DNA from: Fonticula alba ATCC 38817
Taxonomy: Eukaryota > Protista > Nucleariida
Length of the DNA stretch: 64,000 nucleotides
NCBI GenBank assembly: GCA_000388065.2
Contig: KB932203.1
Direction: 5' to 3' (one strand)
The notes under the pieces are model-generated. The model ran no database searches, was not told where the DNA came from, and saw only the letters and a program-made list of their open reading frames with translations. The stretch's first letter is position 1, and each line of letters starts with the position of its first letter. A program made the translations under genes and the position numbers. Below, in pieces: positions 1-10,543 of this stretch.

Positions 1-1688
1 TACGCCTGGGTGATCTTGGACTGGGGTGGATGAGAGGGCAGGGGGGGCGAGTGAGGGGTTTGCACATGGTGCGAAGCAGCGGGCGAACGAAAGACCGGGG
101 CGGAACGTACAGCATGGCGACCGAACGCGATGCCGGCCATGAGCACGAAAGACACCGCATTGTTGACGATGATGCGCTGGTCATTGGCAAATGCGATGGA
201 GAAGACCAGCACGAAGTACACAAGCATGGGAATGATCCCGAGCAGGGCCCCGGCGGAGCTACGGCCCTTGGCGGCATAGTGCCGACGGATGTTGGACACA
301 CTGAGTCGGGGGACGGGGGACGGGGGGGCACACGGGACGCCAGGGAGGTCAACCAGCGTCAATACACACGACGGCGGCGGCGGTGGCGGCGGCGGCATCA
401 GAAGGAGGCAGGAGGAACCCAGAGACGAGGCAAGGCGCAGGCGCAGACATCGGAAGAGGCGAGGGGGGAAAGAAGCCCCAGTGACAGCACGCACCTCAGG
501 GGGAGCTGGATGACAATGATCAGGGTGAAGAGGAAGAGGAACATGACATCGGTGAAGGCAGGCCCGGCCTCCGGGTCGCCGTACTCGAAGGCGTTCGAGA
601 CGCCGGCCCAGAACTGACCGATGGCGTTCTTCGAGTCCCACCAGCCGCCAGGCAGGAACTGCGAGATCGGCAGCGTCCAGATCGCCGTTCCGAAAACCCC
701 AGACAGGGCAATCAGCAGCGTGGCCATGATGTTCCCCTCAGTCGGGCCGTTAATGTAGCCCAGGTACAGCACGCCGGTGTGGTACTCCTCCCAGGTGGAC
801 AGATAGAAGGGGCCCACGGCTTCGAGCAAGGGAGAAGGGGGGAGGTTAGTGGAGGACAGAGAGAGAGAGAGAGAGGGAGGGAGGGAGGAAAAGGGGGGAC
901 AGCGGAAAGGGATGCTGCGTGCGTGCATATGCAGCGCAAGCCAAGTGACGCCGCACGGCGACCCATGCGCCGCCAGCAGCTGCCAAGACAAGGCGCGACC
1001 GAACGTACTCAGCAGTAGCAGGGCCACCGTGCGCCAGGTGAAGCCGAGGCCCATGGCCGCAGCCTGGACAATGGCACCGAAGGAGCAGTTCAGCGCATCG
1101 ACACCATGATCGAAGAGCTCACCAAGGGGCGAAGAGGACCCAGTCCGGCGGGCCTGGCGGCCGTCCACATTATCGAGAGTCTGGTATAGGTGCAGGGCAG
1201 CGGCGAAGCTATTTCCCGGTGTGTCAGTCCGCATGGGCAAGCAAGTGAGGGGGCTTGGAAGGAAGGGTGGACATACAAAAAGTACACCCACTGGAAGGCG
1301 CTGTTCTCCTCCAGGTCAGGGAAGAGGAGGAAGGTCAGCAGCAGGCTGACGATGATGGCGCTGAATCCGAGCAGGGTGATCAGGTTGGGGCTGTGTGTGT
1401 GTGTGTGTGTGAAGGGAAGGAGGGAGCAGGGAGATGGAGGTTGCAGGTCAGTGCCGGCGGGAGAATACAACAGGAGCGGAGGAGAACCGATCTTGGCCGA
1501 AGGAGGGGGGGATGCGGAACGCACGCCATCCACATGGGGAAGAGGGTGGCAGCCCAGTCCCAGTAGGGCTTCATCACATATTTTGTCACCGGGGACTTGT
1601 CCACGGCGCCATACTTGTATGAATCCAGGCCCTTGAGGGCCTCCGGGTGGATGCCCAGATCGAGCATGCCCTGGGGAAGCAATCGCAT
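1..1688 (-). CDS. EPT1: Choline/ethanolamine phosphotransferase (CDP-alcohol phosphatidyltransferase); 3' end runs off the window
   Basis: Spliced translation gives YKYGAVDKSPVTKYVMKPYW..APNLITLLG..LYQTLDNVDGRQARRTGSSSPLGELFDHGVDA (DGxxAR..GxxxDxxxD motif), then FYLSTWEEYHTGVLYLGYINGPTEG. Five GT-AG introns. Start at 1688 or 1667. Confidence 0.92.
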
Positions 1689-2018
1689 GGCGGGATGGGG
1701 GGGGGGCGAGGAGCGGCGGGGATGCGAGGAAACAGCAAAAATACAAGGAGCGAGGAGTGCGGCTGAGGGATGCGAACGTGCCGTCGAGCACCAGGGCAAG
1801 CCATAAAGGGCCGATCGACGGGTGTTGAGGGAGGGGGGAGCGGGGGGAAGGTGGTGGAGGGGCGCAACACCGCCACGCAGACGCAGATCCCGCCGGGGGA
1901 GGTGGCGCGGGGGAGAGAACTGGGGCAGAGGTGGGGGGTCAGCTGGCGCGCATGCTCGCGCGCCCGGTCGCGGCGTCACTCGCATGGTGGTCGGCCGCGC
2001 CCCGGGGTGCCTCGCCCC

Positions 2019-2056
<38 letters not shown>

Positions 2057-2969
2057 CGCATGCCGGTGGCCAAGGTGGGGCGGTTTCTTCCGGCCGTGCG
2101 TGTTCGACCGGTGCCAGGCAATTTCCAGGATGGCGGTCGGCGCGCGCGCGCCGCCCCTGGGAAAATGTGCCGGCCGCGGTGAAAATGGCCGACCTGCCAA
2201 CGGGGCAGTCGCGCTGCCCCTGGCCACCTTTGTGACACCCGCCGGACGGGCCTGCTTCGCGGCCCGGGCGCGGGGGGCCGGGAGCGCAGGGCGCACGGGG
2301 CTCTGGGGGTCGCTGCGCGGGCGCAGCAGCATGATGACCCCTTTGGGCGGTGCGGTGCGGCGCGGCGCGGTGCGGTGCGGCGCGGGGCCCAGGCCCGGGC
2401 GGGGAGGGCGCGGATCTGCTCCTCAAACGCCCAGGCAAGCGGATGGGACGCACAGCCCCGCCTCCCTGCCCGGGTCCCGGGGACGGGTGAAGAGACAGGC
2501 CCAGCAAAGCACCATCCCCCTCGGCCGGGACAGGGCATGCCGCCAGCCGGGCCGTATATATGTCGCGCTCAATAAAATACGCCGGCTTTTTCCGCACTAG
2601 CGCGGGGCCGGAGTCGGAGCCCGATCGGCCCGCTCCCCCCCCCCCCCCCCCNNNNNNNNNNNNNNNNNNNNNNNNNNNNNNNNNNNNNNNNNNNNNNNNN
2701 NNNNNNNNNNNNNNNNNNNNNNNNNNNNNNNNNNNNNNNNNNNNNNNNNNNNNNNNNNNNNNNNNNNNNNNNNNNNNNNNNNNNNNNNNNNNNNNNNNNN
2801 NNNNNNNNNNNNNNNNNNNNNNNNNNNNNNNNNNNNNNNNNNNNNNNNNNNNNNNNNNNNNNNNNNNNNNNNNNNNNNNNNNNNNNNNNNNNNNNNNNNN
2901 NNNNNNNNNNNNNNNNNNNNNNNNNNNNNNNNNNNNCCCCCCTCCTCCCTCGCTGCTCTCCACTCGACC

Positions 2970-3900
2970 ATGACCGAGTCAACTGCCACACCGTCGCCCC
3001 TCACCGTCCTCCGGTCTCCCAACGGGTACGCTGCTCCGAGTCTCGCCCTGCGCCTATCCTGCCCGGTGCGCCCTTCCCTTACGCGCCATCTCCCCTCCCG
3101 GGCCCCCTCCTCCCGGGCCCCTTTGCGGCTTTCTGCTCGCCAGACATGTTGAGTGGCACCCCGGAACCGTGCCAATCGTCATCTGCGTACCGCATGATGG
3201 CCAGCAGGAGGCCGACCATCTCCCCGACCGGCCGCGAGGTATGCCCTGTCCATTGCCCTGCTGCATTTCCCCTGCTGTCCCTGACCCCCCCCCCACCCCC
3301 CCACCCCCCCCATTCACCCGCCCTTCCTCTGCGGACAGGCGTGCACGAGCCCGATCGGAACACCCGCGCCGCGGCCCTGGCCATCTCGGAATCCTTCCGG
3401 AATAGCCGCAAGATCGCGGCCTTCTTCTTCGGCGAGGCCGTCACCGACCAGCAGCAGGCCGTGCCGCATTTGATCATCTCCAATCTCCCCCGGTCCAAGC
3501 TCGACCCGAATCGCAGCATCGGCGAGGTATGCACCCCCCAGCTCGAGGCATCCTCCCCCCTCCTGAGGCAGATGTCCTGCCCGTGGGCTTTGTCTGNNNN
3601 NNNNNNNNNNNNNNNNNNNNNNNNNNNNNNNNNNNNNNNNNNNNNNNNNNNNNNNNNNNNNNNNNNNNNNNNNNNNNNNNNNNNNNNNNNNNNNNNNNNN
3701 NNNNNNNNNNNNNNNNNNNNNNNNNNNNNNNNNNNNNNNNNNNNNNNNNNNNNNNNNNNNNNNNNNNNNNNNNNNNNNNNNNNNNNNNNNNNNNNNNNNN
3801 NNNNNNNNNNNNNNNNNNNNNNNNNNNNNNNNNNNNNNNNNNNNNNNNNNNNNNNNNNNNNNNNNNNNNNNNNNNNNNNNNNNNNNNNNNNNNNNNNNNN

Positions 3901-3937
<37 letters not shown>

Positions 3938-5228
3938 CTCCGCTCCGCTCAACCTCCCCTGGCTACTTGCCTGCCTGCTTGCTCGCCCGCCCCGGCCGGG
4001 GGTGCCCATTGGATGCGCGTGCGCAGGCGGCCCAGGGTCTGCCGGACGCCAGCCGCGCCTGGTATGCCTACCACTCGTACATCGAGCGGGCCAAGCAGCT
4101 GGCCTACCGCCAGACGCTGTCCCTGTGCTCGGCGTCGCCGGCCGCGCGGCTGCATCTGGCCCGCGGCATTGGGCCCTGCTGGCCGCCACGCGTGCTGCTG
4201 ATCGACCTGCATGGGCAGTCGCATCCGGAGGACTGGCTGGAGGTGGGATACTGCATCCCGGCACACGGCCTGCGGGACATCCGGCAGGCGTCCCTCACAG
4301 CGGCCACCCCCGAGGCCAGCCCCTTCCGGCTGTACCATCTGTTGGACATAGTGCGCAATACGTCGGTCCGCGCAGCCATCGAAGATGAGTGCCTGGCCAC
4401 CGCCATCGAGACCATCATCGATCGGAACCACCACTCGGATCTGTGCCCGGAGAGTGTCCAGGCCACCGCCAAGCGGATTTGGTGCCTGCTCGGCGGCTGC
4501 CGGTCCCTCGGGTCCCACATCGCTGCGCGCGGCTGGCGCGCGGTTCCCTCACTGGAAGATGCCCTGCCCTTTGGCAAGGCTCCGGCCAAGACCGGGGCCG
4601 GTGTCGAGCCGGCCACCCCGCCTGCCATGACGGTGGCCATGGGGCCGGCCGGGCTATCCCCCTCGGATCCCCCGCTCCCCGGGGTGCCGTGCATGTCCGG
4701 CGGCACGCCCACCACCACGTGCAACTACTTCTTCGGCGGCTACACCTCCATCCGCCATGGGTCCATGTCCTCGCCCTCGCGCGCATCCCGGTGCTCCTTC
4801 TCCCGGCCAGGGCTTGACGGGCTGCCGCAACAGCCCCTCGCCGAGGGGGAAGCCATCGACCGGTCGCACAACATCAGCTGCGTGTCCGTGTGCGATGCCT
4901 ACCAGGTGGAATTGTCGCCGCGCTGCCGCGACCCGAGCAACATCGCCAACTTCAGTCGAGATTTTTCGTTCGGTGCGTTTCAGGCATTCGCCCCGTTCCC
5001 GGGAGCCGGGCGGGGGGGGGGGGGGGGCCTCTCTTCCGCTTTCTTTTTTTCCCACCCGGGCGCCCCCCTTTGACCGGCATGTGCCCCGGGACCCTCTCTA
5101 ACACGCGACGGTCTATCCCAGCTGTGGCGGAGTTCTACGCCAAAAACTACCTGTCGCCCTCCTTCAACCTGGTGGACGAGAAATGCCGCTGCCCGACCGG
5201 CGGGCCGGAGCCTGTCACCGGCCAGTGA
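2970..5228 (+). CDS. N-formylglutamate-amidohydrolase-like putative Zn hydrolase (interrupted by an N gap)
   Basis: Spliced: MTES..SPNG|HVEWHPGTVPIVICVPHDGQQEADHLPDRPR|..EPDRNT..PHLIISNLPRSKLDPNR..AWYAYHSYIERA..VLLIDLHGQSH..LEVGY..YFFGGYTSIRHG..DAYQVEL. The motif order matches my recollection of this family (PHGG, D, SKLDPNR, DLHG). Not database-verified. Confidence 0.6.
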
Positions 5229-6404
5229 GCACCCGGGGGGGGGTCTCCTTCTCCCATCTGGCCGCCAGCAGAGCTGGTCCGGGGCGTCGTCCCATTCTTC
5301 CAGGGCGCCTTCCCCGAGGTGAATGGATGCCCCTCTCTCTCTGTCGCCGTGTGTGTGTGTGTTGTGCGTCTTTTTCCGCGTCAACGTGTCTAGCCGTGCA
5401 TTATTCGGTCCCAGACAGAAAAAAAGACAGACCAAGGAACAAGGAGAAGAGGGGACCAGCGGGCACAGGCTTGGGAGGGAGTCGGTGGCAGCGCGAGCCC
5501 CGCACCAGCGATGCTGATTCTATCAATGTAGTTCTATCGTTGAAGATCCATGATCGGCGCGTCTAGTGCTGGAATGGCGTTGTCTGGTCATGCTCCATTG
5601 TCCTTTTAACTCTCTTTTCACGTGCCCACGGTCGGCCTATCCATGTGGAACCATCGAACGGCAGCCCGCGCGTTGCTCCAGCCCCGGCGGTGCTTTGAGG
5701 AGTGGGGGGCGGGGGCGGGGGCGGGGGCGGGAGTGGGGGGGGGACGGGGNNNNNNNNNNNNNNNNNNNNNNNNNNNNNNNNNNNNNNNNNNNNNNNNNNN
5801 NNNNNNNNNNNNNNNNNNNNNNNNNNNNNNNNNNNNNNNNNNNNNNNNNNNNNNNNNNNNNNNNNNNNNNNNNNNNNNNNNNNNNNNNNNNNNNNNNNNN
5901 NNNNNNNNNNNNNNNNNNNNNNNNNNNNNNNNNNNNNNNNNNNNNNNNNNNNNNNNNNNNNNNNNNNNNNNNNNNNNNNNNNNNNNNNNNNNNNNNNNNN
6001 NNNNNNNNNNNNNNNNNNNNNNNNNNNNNNNNNNNNNNNNNNNNNNNNNNNNNNNNNNNNNNNNNNNNNNNNNNNNNNNNNNNNNNNNNNNNNNNNNNNN
6101 NNNNNNNNNNNNNNNNNNNNNNNNNNNNNNNNNNNNNNNNNNNNNNNNNNNNNNNNNNNNNNNNNNNNNNNNNNNNNNNNNNNNNNCCCCCTGCGGTGGC
6201 CCCCGGTGGCCCTGGCGGCTCCGCCGGCGGCCCTGGTGGCCCCCCCGGTGGTCCCCCCCCTGATGGTCCCCCCCCCGGGATTGTCGGTGCGCCCCCCCTT
6301 GCCCCCCCCCTATCCCCCCCCCTCCCCGCCCCCCCCCCCCCCCCCGGCTTCCAACTAACTGGCCCTTCCCCTCCTGACCGGCACTCGCTCGTCCATGTGC
6401 GCAG

Positions 6405-7246
6405 AGGCTCTGGTGTCTTCCGCCACCAGTGCGAGGGCGAGCTCGTTCTCAAGCTCACCAACGAGAAGATCCCCTACTTCAACGCCCCCATCTTCCTGAA
6501 CAAGGACACCCAGGTTGGCAAGGTTGAGGAGATTTTCGGCCCGATCAACGACGTGGTGCGTGGATCACGCATTCCCCTTCTGTCCTGCCCGCCTCCCCCT
6601 GCCGAGCAGGAGGGAACACACCAATCATCCCGCCCTTCGTCCTGACATGTGCACACCCTTCTCTCGCCCCCCTCCCCTTTCGCTCCCTCTTGCGACAGTT
6701 CTTCACCGTCAAGCTGCAGCCCGGCTTCGTTGCCTCCTCCTTCAAGGTTGACGACAAGCTCTTCATCGGCTCCGACAAGCTCCTTCCTCTGGCCCGCTTC
6801 CTGCCGCAGCCCAAGCCCGCCGGCAAGGTTGCCCGCCCGGCTGGTGGTGCTCGCGGCGGCGGTCGCGGTGGTGCCCGTGGTGGCTTCGGCGGCGGTCGCG
6901 GTGGCGGCTTCGGCGGCGGTCGTGGCGGTGGCTTCGGCGGTGGCCGCGGTGGCGGCTTCGGCGGCGGTCGTGGCGGTGGCCGCGGTGGTGGCTTCGGCGG
7001 CGGCCGCGGTGGCGGCTTCGGCGCCCGTGGTGGTGGCTCTTTCCGTGGTGCGTCCACCGCTCTGCTTTCTCCTCGGGGCATCCCGCCTGTGTGGTCTCCC
7101 TCCTGCTTCTTTATCTCCCCCTCTCTCTCCGTCGGCCGCGCGCCCCCACACCTTCTGACATCCCTGTCCCTATGCGAATGTGCTCTCTCTCTCTCTCTCC
7201 CTCTCCTCCATCTGCCTATCTCTGGGCTGAAACAGGCCGCTCTTAA
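6405..7246 (+). CDS. GAR1: H/ACA snoRNP protein GAR1, exons 2-4
   Basis: [48 protein letters not shown]|[36 protein letters not shown], followed by [10 protein letters not shown] repeats. Stop TAA at 7244-7246. Confidence 0.95.
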
Positions 7247-8191
7247 GGAAGAGGTGTTCATCCGTAGCGCCCACAAAAGAAAACCCGAGCGACGACACGC
7301 ATTTCATCATCCCCACATGCTATGTGCATCGCCAGGATTCGCGCGCGGGCCCTCTCCCCCCTGACAAATCCCCATTTCCATGCAAAAAAGACCGGGCGAG
7401 GGGGGGTACCTGTTCTCCCTGCCCCACCCCCCTTCTCGCCTCTCTTCCTGCAAGAGGCTGGCCTGCTCCCGCGTCGCACATCGCCACGTGCAAGCAATAC
7501 TCCGTCCATCGCCCACGCGGTCGGACCCCCACCCGCATGCTCACCCTGCACTGCCGCCCTATTCTCCGCCTGCGCTCGGTCCCTGAGGCCCATCTCTGTC
7601 CTGCCTTTTTTTTTTCACGCTCTGACCACAGATTCGCCCCTCCTCCCCTCTCCTCCCCTCTCCTCCTCTGTCCTCCTTTCTCCCCCTCCTCCCCCCCCCC
7701 ATCACAGACTAGGTCTCAGGTGCATACCCCTCTCCAAGCAAAATGAGTTTCCGTGGTGGATTCAACTCCCGTGGCGGTGCCCGCGGTGGCCGTGGCGGCT
7801 TCGGCGGCGGCCGTGGTGGCTACTCCGGTGGTCGCCCCGCTGATGGTCCCCCTGCTGAGATTGTCGGTGCGTCGTCCTTGGTCGCACACTTATCACCAGC
7901 CGTCCCANNNNNNNNNNNNNNNNNNNNNNNNNNNNNNNNNNNNNNNNNNNNNNNNNNNNNNNNNNNNNNNNNNNNNNNNNNNNNNNNNNNNNNNNNNNNN
8001 NNNNNNNNNNNNNNNNNNNNGCTCTTAAGGAAGAGGTGTTCATCCGTAGCGCCCACAAAAGAAAACCCGAGCGACGACACGCATTTCATCATCCCCACAT
8101 GCTATGTGCATCGCCTGGATTCGCGCGCGGGCCCTCTCCCCCCTGACAAATCCCCATTTCCATGCAAAAAAGACCGGGCGAGGGGGGGTAC
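7239..8191 (+). repeat. 171-bp near-identical direct duplication (7239-7409 = 8021-8191) of the GAR1 stop/3' UTR
   Basis: Direct comparison shows identity except one substitution (cgccAggatt vs cgccTggatt). The copies diverge after gggggggtac. Confidence 0.9.
7743..7866 (+). CDS. GAR1: GAR1 exon 1 (clean copy, located downstream of exons 2-4)
   Basis: [41 protein letters not shown] followed by a GTGCGT donor. A C-corrupted version of the same sequence lies at 6187-6290. Confidence 0.85.
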
Positions 8192-8988
8192 TTGTCCTCT
8201 CCGTTCTGTCGATGATATCCCCCCCCCCGTTTTTCGCGGGGTGTCCTGCCTGCTTGTTGGTCCCCTTTCACCCCCCCTCCTCTCTGTGTATTAGCGCGCT
8301 CCCTCCAGAAGGGAGAGACGGGAATCCTCCCACACCCACACACGCACGCATCTGCCCAAGACGAACCTCCCCCCCCCCCACCCCCGCGAGGGAGAACCCG
8401 TTCCGGTGGCTGCCCCAATGTGCGATACCAGCCCCCTCCCCCCCTCCACCCTTGTGATATGAATAGCAACAATATTAGAAATGCAATGCTCTCCACTGGT
8501 TTGTCGTGCACGCCCATACGTCCACCGATTGGGAACTAGCCCCCACGCCGCTCCCTCTCCACCTCCTTTCCCTCATCAGCGTGGCGGCGCTCTTTTTCTG
8601 CCTCTCTTCTCCCCTCCTCAGCTGGTGGGGCGGCCGCGCGGTTGGCAATAACTCGGTCACATGATCTGGCCGATCGATCGAACAAACAATCCCCAACCGC
8701 TTGTTGTAGCCCCCGGCCGGGCTTGAAGGCCGCGATTCCGAACCGCACCCACCTGCGCAGGCAACAGCTTTGAGCACCTGGGGCGTCTGTCTGGAAGTTC
8801 TCGCCTGCCTGAACAAGACTCTCTCCCTCTCTCTCTCTCTCTCTCTCTGTCTCTCCCCCATCCCGCTGTCACCTTGTCCCCCTAGCCCCTACCCTGGCTG
8901 TCGATCCGCTCGATCACTCCCCCCCCCCCCCGCGCGTCGGCTGCCCAACTCTCCTGTACGATATATAGACTCGCGGCCCGAAGAAGCC

Positions 8989-10364
8989 ATGGCGGTGCAG
9001 CTCCTGTCGCTCCCGCGGCCAGGGGAGTCTCTCGCGGAGATGTCCGTGTCACCGGGTCTTGCCGTGGCCTGGGGCCTCTTCATTGGAGTGTCCTTTGTGG
9101 CCAGTTTCTTTTTCCTGCGCGTACCGCCGGCCGCTTCGCGCGATGACCCAACTGTCATCATGGCCCGCATCAAGGCGGTGTCCGCATCTATTGTCATCTC
9201 TCTGGTGCTGACGTATCTGCTGTTAAACTATCTTGGGGTCGAGGTACGATCATGGCGACTGCGAGGGGGAAGGGGGGAGGGAGGGACGCACTGGCGCCCT
9301 CCTCCCACTCCAGGACTCTGTGTATTTATCTCTCCCTTGCCCAAGTTCGCCCCGCCCTATGTGTGTGTATTGACATTTATCCCCCGGACACACACACACA
9401 CACACACACACATGTGCATTTGTGCACATATGAAAAAACCATCAGGACCCCGCCGCATTGATGGGCTTCCGGTGGACCGGACTCGGCCTGGCGCTGGTGC
9501 TTCCCATCCCCCTGTTTATGTGCTTCTTCCTCGGATCGTTTGTCCTGGCCTACTTTGAGCTCGAGCTCCCGGGGCAGATGTACTTCAACTTTTCCCGTGA
9601 CGTGGTCGCCCCTCTTTCTGAGCCGTCTGGGTGGCGCAATTGGATTTTCGTGCGCATACACCTGCTCGCCAGGCTGTTCGCAGATGCACACCATGCCGAC
9701 CCCCGCGACTGACCTCCCGCCCCTTGCCCCCCCCCCCCCCTCCTTGCCTGGTCTCCCTCTCAGGCTCCCTTCGCAGAAGAGTTGGCCTTCCGCTCGTGCA
9801 TCTTCCCGCTGATGTTCCTTTCTGGCTTTCGGTCGCCGTGGATTCACCTTCTGGTGAGTTTGTACTTTGGCGTGGCGCATCTGAACCATCTGCGGGACAT
9901 TCGGGCGCGGAACATTGCCGCCAAGCATCCCCGGCCGACGGTGGCCGCCCTCGTGGTGGTGCTGGTGCAACTGGTATACACGTCCATCTTTGGCACCTTG
10001 GCCGCGTATATCTACTACCGCACTGGGCACATCCTGGCGGCCATCATGTCGCACGTCGTGTGCAATGTCATGGGCTTCCCCAGCTTTGGCCAGATCCAGA
10101 ACCACCCGAAGCAGGCCTGGCGTGCGTTCTCTCCCCTGCCGTGCCCCTCCATTTCCCTCGTCCCTCCCCCCCCCCCCCCCCCCCCCCTCTCTTCTTTTCT
10201 CATCCCTGCCACATGCGCCCGCTGCCTCCACTCACCAGGCCACCCGTCTGCCATCAGTAATTTGGGCCTCCTTCGCCCTGGGGATTGGCATCTTCTGCCT
10301 TCTGCTTGGGCCTCTTACGGACCCGGTCCTCTTTGGAAATGGGGTTTTCTTCCACCTTGCATGA
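8989..10364 (+). CDS. RCE1: CAAX prenyl protease 2 (Rce1, type II CAAX protease)
   Basis: SRDDPTVIMARI, WRNWIF|APFAEELAFR (EE motif), YFGVAHLNH, AAIMSHVVCNVMGFP (HxxCN). Multiple TM segments, three GT-AG introns. Confidence 0.92.
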
Positions 10365-10465
10365 GTTCCAAGGGCAAGGAGGGGGTCAATATACTCCCAT
10401 CAAATGTGACCCTCCGGAGGGGCATTGCCAGACAGTGGCCTGAGGGGAGCGGACTGAGGTATATC

Positions 10466-10501
<36 letters not shown>

Positions 10502-10543
10502 GCGCGCGCGCGCATATGACAAGATGAAGGCCGGGGGGGGGCC

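Noticed and set aside
2065-2230. Multibranch structure closed by GGTGGCCA/TGGCCACC upstream of EPT1
   Set aside because: Such stems are expected by chance at this GC content; no ncRNA consensus motif.
7250-7312. ATGATGA...ATGA on the minus strand within the GAR1 3' UTR
   Set aside because: Antisense to a UTR, only a 3-bp possible stem, and no guide target.
8450-8500. AT-rich island with GCAATGCTCT, complementary to an 18S segment
   Set aside because: No D box follows the putative guide; probably the 3'-end/polyadenylation region of GAR1.
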